This document shows positions 1 through 8,985 of a stretch of 32,000 nt of DNA, in pieces (within the stretch, counting starts at the first letter, position 1; each line of letters opens with the position of its first letter). A program made the position numbers and the translations under genes. The notes beneath the pieces are model-generated. The model had not been told where the DNA came from and made no database searches. It worked only from the letters and a program-made list of their open reading frames with translations. This DNA is from Rickettsia endosymbiont of Ceutorhynchus obstrictus (GTDB lineage: Bacteria > Pseudomonadota > Alphaproteobacteria > Rickettsiales > Rickettsiaceae), in NCBI RefSeq assembly GCF_964026565.1, contig NZ_OZ032162.1:1544781-1576780 (forward strand), written 5' to 3'.

Positions 1-2753
1 CCGCCGTGGCGGTAGCTCCGCCGCTAACAGTGAAAAGATTGGCATCAGAGGCCGCAGTTAAATTAATATCTGCTCCGTTAAAATTTACAGCCGTGAGCGC
101 GTTCGTTGTCCCTATTACTCCGGTGACCGTAGTATTCGCTGCTAGGTTTAACTTACCGCCAACACCTACAGTACTATCTACCGTACCGTTAATTGTTGAA
201 TTAGCCGTAAGATTAAGAGCAGCGGCAGTTTGACCTTTAAAATCTATGTTACCGGTAACATTATTTACCGTAAGGTTGGTAGCAGCCGTAAAATTGATAC
301 CGGCGTTAACATTACCTAAAGTTAAAGCGCCTGTTATACCTGTAGAAATAGCATTTGCGGTGTTAATTGTTGGTACGACCGTGATATTACCCGCTCCTGC
401 AAAGGTTATGCTATTTAAAGTATTACCCGGTCCGACAATACCTAAAGTTCCTGCGCCAGCTATTTTCAGAGTTTCACCGGTATTAATGGCAGTTATTGCA
501 ACTATACCGCTACCAGCAGCTCCCGGGTCTAAATTTCCATTTAAATTTATAGTAGTATCGCTCCCTGCCGGAGCGGAAGATTGCAGTTGTAAAACAGAGG
601 CTGCATTAGGAAATTTTATACCTCCAGCATTCAAGTTAAAAGCACCACCTACAGCATTTTTGGCATCTAAAGCATAAGTTGCAGCATTCGCCGGCACTCC
701 CGCTTCACCAATATTTATTGCTGCTACATTTGTGGTGCTAAGGCTGTTATCCTGAAATATAGAGCCGGCTTTCATGTTTAACGCAGCTGTTCCTGCGAGA
801 TTTAAGCCTGGCTGCGCTATAACACCACCTATAATATTTATCGCATCTAAGATATTACCTGCGCCAATGGTTTTATTTCCTGCTACTACTAAAGCACCGC
901 CGGTTCCATTAAATGTAACGCTTCCTCCTTGCCCGCCTGTCGTATTAGTTACATTATTACCAAAAGTGAATGTCTGAGCTGCACCGGGTGCTATAATCAA
1001 TTGCGAGACAGCAGTATTTATATTAATGGGACTATTAAAGGCGACATTCCCCGGAACAGTAACCGTAAGCGACCCATTACCGCCAATATTATTACCGATA
1101 TTAATTGTCGCAAGTGTTCCGATATTCGCATTAGTAGCAAGAAGGTTAGTAAAAACATCTAATGTACCGTTATTACCGTTAACTATAGGACTATTAAAAG
1201 TATAAGGACCCGCCGCGCCGTTAAATTGAAGTGTACCCGCAGCATTGTTATAATTAACCCCTGCCGTTGCAGTTAACGTCCCACCAATACTCGCTATCCC
1301 GTTACTAGTAAAATTAAAGTTATTAACTGTAACATTTCCTTGTAAATCAACTGTTGTAGCGTTATCACCTTGGATATTAAATACACCGACCGGATAACTC
1401 CCCGTTGTGTTCCCTCCAATCCCGTTAAGACCGCCTACATTACCGGTAACCGTACTATTATCAGCAAAATTTATCGTACCGGTTCCACCGGCTACTGAAT
1501 TAATTATATTACCGGTTACATCAACGTCATTATCTAGTATAGCGGTCGCATCTGTACCGTTAAAATCCATATTGGAAGTTATGTCGTCCTGAAATTGCGA
1601 TATAGAATTTGTCGTAAATTGCACCAAACCACCTGCACCGGTATTAATAGGCGTTGTCCAAATAAGTTGAGTATCACCGATAGCGACCTTAGTACCATCC
1701 GGATTCTGAGCAATTTCAATTTTTTTAGCAAAAATATTGCCGGTAATGGTTGTTATATTAAGTCCGTCCGTAATAAAGGCTTGGAGTCTCTTAGCATTAG
1801 TACCGACATTTGCTGAAATCTCGGTAGCAGATGTCGAGACGTGAAATGATACTATACCTTGATCATCTGCTCCGCTAACTATACCCTCAGTTGCTACAAA
1901 TTTGTTACTATTAATATTTTCATTACTAAAGTTAACTGCAGAATTTGCTCCTTTAAAAATGAGCTGATTAAGTGTAGGTTGTACGTCAATATCATTGGCA
2001 TCATTAGTAATATATTCATACTTTACACCATTAGCAATATTAATAGTCTTAAGCGTTGCCCAAGTTATATCCCTTACGGTCAGCCCTGAATTAACATTTA
2101 AGGTAGCCGCTGCAGCATTTTCTAACGTAGTTGAATAGGTGTTTGCATTTAATTTAATTGAGTTGGTAATTGTAGGGTCACTAATGTTTAGCGCCCCTGC
2201 ACCATTGGCAAAATCAATATTATTTATATAATAAGTATCGGCAGGAACGGCATTACTGTCGGCGAATGGGCTAGCAGCACCGTTCGCATCCAAAGCACCG
2301 GCGGCGACAGGCTGAGTTATACCGGCACCGGTTAAAGTTTCATTAACACCGTCAGCAATGACAAAATTTACCTTTTGTATATCGGCACCATTACCATTTA
2401 CATTATTAAATAGAGCCGAAGGTACTATCTACATTACAGTTAATGATTACACCGTCACTGCCATCCGGTAAATATATTGAAGCGATCTGCCAAGGGGTAG
2501 GACCGTCAAGAGTAATAGTGTGTGCTTTATTTACTACAGTAATAGCAGAACCGTTAGCAAATGGTCCTGGTACATCGAATCCTAGACCGGTAGATAAATT
2601 AGTAGCTGCGGTAGTAGTGCTATTCACTAAAGCCGCTGGCGCCCCGAATGCGCTACCTCCTGAAAGCATCAAGGCAGCGGTGGAAAGAGCCGAGGCAGCA
2701 AACATACTTTTTTTGAATATTTTTTTCTTTAGACTTTCTTTTTGACTTGACAT
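1..2753 (-). pseudogene. Sca-family (surface cell antigen, rOmpA/rOmpB-like) autotransporter, 5' part. The reading frame changes after codon 115, and the 3' end lies beyond the window start.
   Basis: ATG at 2753 is preceded by AGGAG with a 6-nt spacer. The N-terminus MSSQKESLKKKIFKKSMFAASALSTAALMLSGGSAFGAPA looks like the extended signal peptide of rickettsial Sca/OmpA proteins. This frame stops at TAA 2408-2406. I hand-translated the minus strand in the +1 phase from 2428 downward, checking 2281-2428, 1801-1860, 1561-1620, 1141-1200, 661-720 and 241-300. All checked stretches are in one phase without stops and give G/N/T/A/I-rich passenger-type repeats such as INFTAATNLTVNNVTGNIDF and FNSPIVNGNNGTLDVFTNLL. 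This ORF is absent from the ORF track because its stop lies outside the window. Confidence 0.8.
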
Positions 2754-3320
2754 AACAATCTCCTATTTTTCCATTAATTTATTTTCAATTTTCTTAACTT
2801 ATGTTTCGAGAGCGATATTTTTTAGCAAGCATTTATAAGAGGAACGCCTTGATGTTATTTCTAAAATATTTTTTAAGTAAAAATTCAAGACGATTTAAAC
2901 AGTGATATACGCGGATTTAATACTTAAATTATTAGAAAAACTAGTTCTAAGTTATTTACCGCAACGTATTTAGTTCCCAAAAAGCAATTTTTTAAAGATT
3001 TTACTCTTTTAAATATTAATTTTACTTTCGGTTTAATTTGATTAAATAATAAAACACGACGCTAGGAAATAATTAACGATTATAAAATAAGAAAAAGTTT
3101 TTAACTGCCGATATTGTTGATATAAATAACACAAGCTTATTAGTTGAAAAACTAATAATTTATTGCTATACCGCAACAGTAAGCCTTAGTTAATCTTTAT
3201 TATATTCAGTATTTAACAACTTTAGCCATACAATTAAAAGTTACATTTTTATATTAAAAAAAATTAAATTATAGTGCTTTTTAAGCAATTATTTTATAAA
3301 TACAGGGGTATTTTTAAGAC

Positions 3321-3725
3321 AATGCCTTTGCGTGGGTAGCTGCAACGTCTTGTGAGGAGGCAATGCCCGCGTGAGCAGATTAAAGCACGCTCTATGTCAT
3401 TCCCGTATCCTTGTATGTCATTCCCGCTAGCCCTATGTTATTCCCGCCGCCCCCTATGTCATTCCCGCGCAGGCGGGAATCCAGAAAAATTTATAGTCAT
3501 CCTGAATTTATTTCAGGATCTACTAAAAGAGATGCCGCAAACTTGTTCAGCATGACAAAGAAAAGCCTGGATTCCCGCCTGCGCGGGAATGACATAAGGG
3601 GCAGCGGGAATGACACCGAGAGCGTTTTTAACCATCCACACAACAACGCCTTTGGTCGCTCGCCATGACGTTTAGGGTATCCACGCAACAATGCCATGGT
3701 ATGACACCGAAGCGTTTTGCAAAAT
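3321..3725. repeat. RPE-like palindromic repeat cluster
   Basis: Contains a 138-bp palindromic unit at 3457-3594. Its arms are tgtcattcccgcgcaggcgggaatccag / ctggattcccgcctgcgcgggaatgaca. Its core holds the hairpins atcctgaa-tttatt-tcaggat and the gcatgac/gtcatgc type. Further copies of this unit lie at 7553-7692, ~24040-24175, ~25800-25935 and ~30275-30400. The unit is preceded by four tandem ~21-bp half-arms (3392-3484) and followed by ccacRcaacaacgcc-type terminal modules. Confidence 0.9.
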
Positions 3726-3827
3726 TTTTTAAATAAAAAATTGATTTGCGCGATATTATGAGGTATATATTATTTTTATAAGAGTATTTTATATAAAATT
3801 GCTCGTAAATCTTAACTTTACAATTTT

Positions 3828-3904
<77 letters not shown>

Positions 3905-3933
3905 TATATATAATAGATTTTTTCTTTCTATTA

Positions 3934-4256
3934 TGTCATTCCGTGATTTATTCACGGAATCCAGTCTTTTTATTAAGGTTTTTTCTGGATACCGTGGTCA
4001 AGCCCTCTAGTGTACGAACGTTTAAATAAAGAGGTAAAAATTCTGTCATTCCGTGGCTACGACCACGGAATCCAGCTTATAATATCATAAAAAGACTCTA
4101 AAATAAGTCTAATATGGCTTTATTTTCCTGGATGCCGTGATCAAGTCACGGCATGACACAGCCTTTTTTCAACGTTCGTACAGTAGTGGGTCAAGCCACG
4201 GTATGACACCGAGGACGGTTTGGGTATCCACGCAACAACACCGCCTCATAATGACA
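3934..4256. repeat. RPE-like element (arm-core-arm) whose right arm hairpin is split by a nested element
   Basis: The left arm is tgtcattccgtg-atttatt-cacggaatccag. The right arm is ctggataccgtgg[tcaag]...[tcaag]ccacggtatgaca. It is followed by gggtatccacgcaacaacacc. Confidence 0.85.
4003..4190 (-). mobile_element. 188-bp non-autonomous TIR element (copy 1 of 3) nested in an RPE hairpin loop
   Basis: Termini are ccctctagtgtacgaacgtt ... aacgttcgtacagtagtggg, flanked by the direct repeat tcaag (3998-4002 and 4191-4195). Near-identical copies lie at 7780-7968 and 11253-11441. It has no ORF. Confidence 0.85.
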
Positions 4257-4292
4257 AGGTAAAATCGATCTTGAAATACGAGCAGCATAACA

Positions 4293-5123
4293 ATGTCTCT
4301 ACTGCACGCCTCAATCCTTACCGTTTTTCCCGAAATGTTTCCGGGACCGTTAGGTTTATCTCTGGCCGGTCAAGCATTACACAAAAATATCTGGTCATAT
4401 GATATTGTTAATATCAGAGATTTCGGCATAACTAAGCATAAAAATGTAGACGACGAAGCTTACGGCGGCGGCGACGGCTTAATAATGCGGCCGGATGTTT
4501 TAGGTGCTGCTATCGATTATAGCCTATCTTTAAATCCCGGCAGTAAAATCTATTATCCGTCACCAAGAGGCAAATTATTTAATCAAAGCCTTGCAAGGGA
4601 AATGATCCGGCTAAATTCAGAAAGATTTAGACAAGATGAATTTAATGGTGAGCTGGCTAGGCGTACCGGAGTATGTGAGCACAGGCGAATCCAGAAAAAT
4701 TCGCTTGTATCAAGCTTTATGAATGACGCTGTACGTCAAGATAAAATAATAATTTTATGCGGTCGCTATGAAGGGATTGACGAACGCGTAATTGAAGAGT
4801 ATAATATCAATGAAATTAGCGTAGGGGATTACATCCTATCCGGCGGTGAACTGCCTACTCTTACTATCCTTGATTGCTTAATTAGGCTATTACCAGGCGT
4901 TTTAATAAATCAAAACACGTTATCCTCCGAATCTTTTGAGCAGGACGGCGAGTTTGCCGGTTTATTAGAATGTGCTTTATATACCAGACCCGAAAATTGG
5001 CGAGGAAGAAAAGTACCGAGTGTTTTACTATCGGGCAACCCTCGATTAATTAATGAATGGAAATGCCGGCAATCTACTGAGGTTACCAAATTACGTCGTC
5101 CGGATTTATTAACACGGATTTAG
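4293..5123 (+). CDS. trmD: tRNA (guanine37-N1)-methyltransferase TrmD, carrying a 41-codon in-frame RPE insertion
   Basis: Contains [28 protein letters not shown] and GDYILSGGE motifs typical of TrmD. Gene order trmD-rplS is conserved. The ORF is uninterrupted despite the repeat at 4609-4731. Confidence 0.95.
   Translation: MSLLHASILTVFPEMFPGPLGLSLAGQALHKNIWSYDIVNIRDFGITKHKNVDDEAYGGGDGLIMRPDVLGAAIDYSLSLNPGSKIYYPSPRGKLFNQSLAREMIRLNSERFRQDEFNGELARRTGVCEHRRIQKNSLVSSFMNDAVRQDKIIILCGRYEGIDERVIEEYNINEISVGDYILSGGELPTLTILDCLIRLLPGVLINQNTLSSESFEQDGEFAGLLECALYTRPENWRGRKVPSVLLSGNPRLINEWKCRQSTEVTKLRRPDLLTRI
4609..4731 (+). mobile_element. RPE-1-like repeat inserted in frame inside trmD (123 bp, 41 codons)
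   Basis: ggctaaattcagaaagatttagacaagatgaatttaatggtgagc...cacaggcgaatccagaaaaattcgcttgtatcaagctttatgaatgacgctg aligns along its whole length with the intergenic copies at 11041-11164, 20834-20958, 25350-25473 and 30089-30211. Confidence 0.9.
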
Positions 5124-5126
5124 GAT

Positions 5127-5735
5127 AGCTTTGTTGCGTGGCTCGAATTTTTGCAAAGTGTTCGGTGTCATACCGTGGCTTGACCGGCGTTGTTGCATGG
5201 ATGGTAAAAGCAGCAATATGTCATTCTAGCTAAAAGCGGGAATCTAGAAAAAACACTTAAAATAAACAAAATTATATAAAAATTTACTATATAATTCGCT
5301 TAAATATTTTCTGGATTCCCGCTTTTAGGGCGTTGTTGCATGGCTACCAGAATCGTCATTGCGAGGAGGCATTTATGCCGACGTGGCAATCCAGTTAAAC
5401 ATATTTTTATACTAAACTTGTTTAGTATTCTAATTAAATCCCTCATTACATTCGGGATAGCCTGGATTGCCGCAGCCACTTCGTGGCTTCGCAATGACGG
5501 GTTTTTTATTAATTTTCGAGCCATGCAACAACGCCCGCTTTTAGCTAGAATGACATCAAAAATTTGATCCATGCAACAACGCCGCCGCTGCAGGCGGCGT
5601 GGCAATCTAGGCTCTCCCGAATGTAATGAGGGATTAATTAGAATATTAAACAAGTTTAGTATAACTGGATTGCCACGTCGGGACTACGTCCCTCCTCGCC
5701 ATGACGGCATTTTTTGCAACGTTTTTGATCCACAT
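5127..5735. repeat. Mosaic of nested RPE-like elements between trmD and rplS
   Basis: Several module types recur here. The terminal modules are Rgc(g/t)ttgttgcRtgg, and the arm hairpins are tgtcattc...gggaatc(c/t)ag and gtcattgcgagg...ggcaatccag. The cores are of AT-rich and cccgaatgtaatgagggatt types. Confidence 0.9.
5329..5535. mobile_element. 207-bp RPE with GGCGTTGTTGCATGG / CCATGCAACAACGCC termini, nested in another RPE with a 9-bp duplication
   Basis: The direct repeat cgcttttag lies at 5320-5328 and 5536-5544. The host arm reads ctggattcc-cgcttttag-[insert]-cgcttttag-ctagaatgaca. An uninterrupted relative of the host lies at 21319-21501. Confidence 0.85.
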
Positions 5736-5759
5736 AATTTTTTACTAGGAGTTAAATAA

Positions 5760-6179
5760 ATGAATATTATTGACCAGTTTGAACAGGAACATATTTCCCG
5801 GCTTATCGCAAATAAAAAAATTCCTGCTTTTAACGCCGGTGATACCGTTAAAGTTACCGTCAAACTAATTGATAGATCAATAGAGAAAGACGGTAAGGAA
5901 AAAATAATTGAAAGATTTCAAGCTTACGAGGGCGTAGTAATCGCTAAAAGAAATAGAGGAGTTACTTCTTCTTTTCTAGTGCGTAAAATTAGCCATGGCG
6001 AAGGCGTAGAAAGGCGCTTTATGACCTACTCGCCGATAGTACACTCTATTGACGTAGTAAAATACGGCGTGGTTCGTCGTGCTAAGCTTTATTATTTAAG
6101 ACAAAGAAGCGGTAAATCAGCCAGGATTAAAGAAAGGTTTGTGCATGCTAGTAAGAACCCTAAAGCTAAAGCTGTTTAA
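5760..6179 (+). CDS. rplS: 50S ribosomal protein L19
   Basis: GGAG lies upstream of the ATG. The protein has L19 features ([39 protein letters not shown]) and sits directly downstream of trmD as in most bacteria. Confidence 0.95.
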   Translation: MNIIDQFEQEHISRLIANKKIPAFNAGDTVKVTVKLIDRSIEKDGKEKIIERFQAYEGVVIAKRNRGVTSSFLVRKISHGEGVERRFMTYSPIVHSIDVVKYGVVRRAKLYYLRQRSGKSARIKERFVHASKNPKAKAV

Positions 6180-6203
6180 TAGAAAATAGTATTATTGGAT
6201 GTA

Positions 6204-6316
6204 TGTCATTCCTGCGAAGGCAGGAATCCAGGTTTTTCTTTGTCATGCTGAAACAAGTTTAGCATGACGAGTATTAGATTGCCGCGTCTAGGCTTAAGCA
6301 CCTCCTCGCAATGACA
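6204..6316. repeat. 113-bp RPE-like element filling the convergent rplS/nth spacer and overlapping the nth 3' end
   Basis: tgtcattcctgcgaaggcaggaatccag + gtcatgctgaaacaagtttagcatgac hairpin + tagattgccgcg...cctcctcgcaatgaca. Confidence 0.85.
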
Positions 6317-6956
6317 TCATACTATAATACTCACAATATTCCCTAATCGGACAAATAGCACATTCCGGTTTTCTGGCTTTACAAATATATCGCCCGTGTA
6401 ATACCAACCAGTGATGGGCATGTGCCAGCCATTTCTTACCGATAATTTGCAATAATTCGGCTTCCACTTTTTCGGGACTATTACCTTTGGCAAGCCCTAG
6501 CCTTTTTGCTACTCTAAATACATGAGTATCAACGGCTATGGTTGGCTGCTGAAATAAACAATTTAATATAACATTTGCTGTTTTTCTGCCTACTCCCGGC
6601 AATTTAATTAATTCTTCAAAGCCGTGCGGTACGCGGCTGTGATAATTATTTATTAGTAGGCTACACAAAGAAATTATATTTTTTGCTTTAGCGTTAAATA
6701 ACCCGATAGATTTGATATAATTTTTTAGCCCTTCTTCGCCGAGCCGTAAGACTTTCTCCGGCGTGTCGTAAACCTCGAATAAGGATTTCGTCGCTAAATT
6801 TACCGATATATCAGTAGCCTGCGCCGATAATATTACCGCTACCAATAAAGTAAAATCATTCTTATATTCTAATTCCGTTTTAGGATTTTCATTATTATCG
6901 CTTAAAATTTTAAAAATTTTATCAACCCATAATTTATCTTTTATTTGTGCTTGCAT
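6294..6956 (-). CDS. nth: Endonuclease III (DNA-(apurinic/apyrimidinic site) lyase). The last ~7 codons and the stop lie inside an RPE arm.
   Basis: Helix-hairpin-helix [11 protein letters not shown], catalytic region VDTHVFRV, and the C-terminal 4Fe-4S cluster spacing [17 protein letters not shown]. Confidence 0.93.
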   Translation of the reverse strand: MQAQIKDKLWVDKIFKILSDNNENPKTELEYKNDFTLLVAVILSAQATDISVNLATKSLFEVYDTPEKVLRLGEEGLKNYIKSIGLFNAKAKNIISLCSLLINNYHSRVPHGFEELIKLPGVGRKTANVILNCLFQQPTIAVDTHVFRVAKRLGLAKGNSPEKVEAELLQIIGKKWLAHAHHWLVLHGRYICKARKPECAICPIREYCEYYSMMSLRGGA

Positions 6957-6997
6957 AATACGCTATTAAAATGGTAAAATTTGACTTTCAAGAATAA

Positions 6998-7140
6998 ACC
7001 TCTTGCATAACTTGCTTCTAAAGGTAATTTGTACGTCAAGCAGATAGCTGAATCCTCACGTTACTTGCGTGTACGTTGCGGTTCTGCGCTTCGTGTTTCC
7101 TTCAAATTCCTCTTTATTAGCTACGTTATGCAAGAGGTCT
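6998..7140. repeat. ~143-bp palindromic element of a distinct family in the nth/grx divergent spacer
   Basis: Terminal inverted repeat aacctcttgcataac ... gttatgcaagaggt. Interior segments (ctcacgttact, cttcaaattc) faintly resemble the RPE-1-like family. It is single-copy in this window. Confidence 0.6.
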
Positions 7141-7164
7141 AATTAAAGTTTACTAGGTTTTAAG

Positions 7165-7497
7165 ATGACTGAAAACAAAAATTTTGCCAATAAGAATTTT
7201 GAATTTATAAAAAATGAAATAGACAATAATAATGTTGTGCTATTTATGAAAGGCACTAAAGAGTCGCCTATGTGTGGGTTTTCCGGTAGTGTGGTTGCTA
7301 TTTTAGAAAAACTAGATGTAGAATTTCGCGATATTAACGTGCTTAGCGATCCGGAACTTCGGGAAGCTCTAAAAATTTTTAGCGATTGGCCGACCTTTCC
7401 ACAACTATATATTAAAGGTGAATTTATCGGCGGTTGCGATATAGCCAAAGAAATGTATCAAAGCGGCGAACTTGCAGCGTTGTTAGTGAGAGTTTAA
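7165..7497 (+). CDS. grxD: Monothiol (CGFS-type) glutaredoxin, Grx4/GrxD family
   Basis: Contains VVLFMKGTKESPMCGFSG, WPTFPQLYIKGEFIGGCDI. Length 110 aa. Confidence 0.9.
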   Translation: MTENKNFANKNFEFIKNEIDNNNVVLFMKGTKESPMCGFSGSVVAILEKLDVEFRDINVLSDPELREALKIFSDWPTFPQLYIKGEFIGGCDIAKEMYQSGELAALLVRV

Positions 7498-7552
7498 GAG
7501 ATATTTTCTCGCACCTGTATTAGTAGAATGCATTTTGAGCAAACATCCCCGA

Positions 7553-7984
7553 TGTCATTCCCGTGAAAACGGGAATCCAGGCTTTTCTTTGTCATGCTGA
7601 ACTTGTTTCAGCATCTCTTGTAGTAGATCCTGAAATAAATTCAGGATGACTTTTGAATATTTTTCTGGATTCCCGCCTGCGCGGGAATGACACCGAGGGC
7701 GTTTTTAACCATCCACGCAACAACGCTTGTAGCTTCTCGCAATGACGTTTTAGGTATCCACGCAACAACACCGGCTTGACCCACTACTGTACGAACGTTG
7801 AAAAAAGGCTGTGTCATGCCGTGACTTGATCACGGCATCCAGGAAAATAAAGCCATATTAGACTTATTTTAGAATCTTTTTATGATATTATAAGCTGGAC
7901 TGAAGTGGTCGTAGCCACGGAATGACAGAATTTTTACCTCTTTATTTAAACGTTCGTACAGTAGTGGGCTTGACCACGGTATGA
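7553..7984. repeat. RPE-like cluster between grx and the esterase gene
   Basis: A 140-bp palindromic unit at 7553-7692 belongs to the same family as 3457-3594, in opposite orientation. It is followed by ccacgcaacaacgc modules and then a host hairpin split by the nested element 7780-7968. Confidence 0.9.
7780..7968 (+). mobile_element. 189-bp TIR element (copy 2 of 3)
   Basis: Termini are cccactactgtacgaacgtt ... aacgttcgtacagtagtggg, flanked by cttga (7775-7779 and 7969-7973) inside ...caccgg-cttga-ccacggtat. Confidence 0.85.
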
Positions 7985-8020
7985 TATTGTATTTATAATA
8001 ACTATAAAAAATTAAAACCA

Positions 8021-8656
8021 ATGAATAAAAATTTAATATATCCCGAAATTAACAGTAAAGAGCTACCGCCGAAAAGACTAGCGGTATTATTGCACGGCGT
8101 CGGTTCCGACGGTCACGATTTGATAGGGCTGGTGCCGTATATCAAAGATGATTTACCGGATTGTTATTTTATTTCTCCGCATGGGGTTGAGCCTTACGAT
8201 ATGGCACCTTACGGGCGGCAATGGTTTAGTTTGCAAGATCGCACTCCTCATAAAATGCAAAAATTACTGGAAAATAATGTTGCGCTTCTTGCAGAGATAA
8301 TTAAGCAAAAACAAGCCGAGTTAAACTTGACTAATAAAGATACTATTATTATCGGTTTTTCTCAAGGTACGATGATCGGGCTATATTTAACGCTTGCTAG
8401 CCAAGAGCCGTTTTTATGTAGTATAGGTTTTTCAGGATTACTAGTTGCACCGACTGAATGCATTAATAAATCGACTCCTATTTGCTTAATTCATGGAGAG
8501 CTTGATGAGGTAGTTAGCATTAGCGAAATGGATAATGCCGCAAAATATTTATCCAAATATCAAATACCTTATGAAAGTCATAAAATTCCCAGGCTTGCCC
8601 ACTCTATTGACGCAAAAGGGCTAGAATTTGCAATTAATTTTATTAAAAAACAATAG
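8021..8656 (+). CDS. Alpha/beta hydrolase, phospholipase/carboxylesterase family
   Basis: [12 protein letters not shown] near the N-terminus, nucleophile elbow GFSQGTM (GxSxG), and later D and H candidates ([13 protein letters not shown]). About 210 aa, as in the carboxylesterase/lysophospholipase family. Confidence 0.8.
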   Translation: MNKNLIYPEINSKELPPKRLAVLLHGVGSDGHDLIGLVPYIKDDLPDCYFISPHGVEPYDMAPYGRQWFSLQDRTPHKMQKLLENNVALLAEIIKQKQAELNLTNKDTIIIGFSQGTMIGLYLTLASQEPFLCSIGFSGLLVAPTECINKSTPICLIHGELDEVVSISEMDNAAKYLSKYQIPYESHKIPRLAHSIDAKGLEFAINFIKKQ

Positions 8657-8965
8657 CGTTGTTGCCTGGATTGGAAAAATCTATAAACTCGTCATTGCGA
8701 GCGAGGATTGTTGCGTGGCTTGACATAAGTAGCAGTATGTCATTCCTGCGAAGGCAGGAATCCAGGCTAAAAAGCCTTAGCTTATAAGGCTTTTTTCTAT
8801 ATAATTGTAAGTTATAGTTACATCTTTAGTTTAATTTTTCTGGATTCCCGCCTGCGCGGGAATGACATAAGGGGCAGCGGGAATGACATCGAAAATTCAA
8901 GCTATGCAATAACGCCTTTAGTCGCTCGCAATGACGCGGTGTTAATCAAGCTATGTAACAACACT
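8655..8965. mobile_element. 311-bp composite RPE inserted exactly at the esterase stop codon, with a 9-bp duplication
   Basis: Termini are agcgttgttgcctgg ... ctatgtaacaacact, with the direct repeat aaaaacaat at 8646-8654 and 8966-8974. A second RPE (about 8707-8925) sits inside the gtcattgcgagcga/tcgctcgcaatgac arm hairpin. Confidence 0.85.
8769..8796 (+). terminator. Candidate intrinsic terminator hairpin inside the RPE core downstream of the esterase gene
   Basis: An 11-bp stem aaaaagcctta/taaggcttttt with loop gctta, followed by a T run and preceded by an A run (potentially bidirectional). The stem is AT-rich, so it is weak. Confidence 0.35.
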
Positions 8966-8985
8966 AAAAACAATAGGATAAATGA

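Noticed and set aside
6-2089. Plus-strand ORFs (6-233, 246-677, 774-977, 929-1162, 1407-1592, 1595-1816, 1859-2089) and 2443-2745
   Set aside because: They are antisense to the long Sca passenger-domain frame. Their products are low-complexity P/A/V/L-rich sequences, which are the mirror image of a G/N/T/A-rich coding strand. They have no RBS and no recognisable domains.
2754-2900. Sigma70-type promoter upstream of the sca gene
   Set aside because: Several TTGnnn / TAnAAT-like hexamers exist in this ~80% AT DNA, but none has convincing spacing. Calling one would be guesswork.
4220-4402. ORF 4220-4402 (+) overlapping the trmD start
   Set aside because: It starts in RPE sequence, is out of frame with trmD, and the conserved TrmD N-terminus begins at 4293.
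5300-5759. ORFs 5300-5653 (-), 5340-5567 and 5571-5759
   Set aside because: They lie wholly within nested RPE sequence and are open on both strands because of palindromy. There is no independent coding evidence.
7143-7448. ORF 7143-7448 (-)
   Set aside because: It is antisense to the well-supported CGFS glutaredoxin gene and its product is S/L-rich low complexity.
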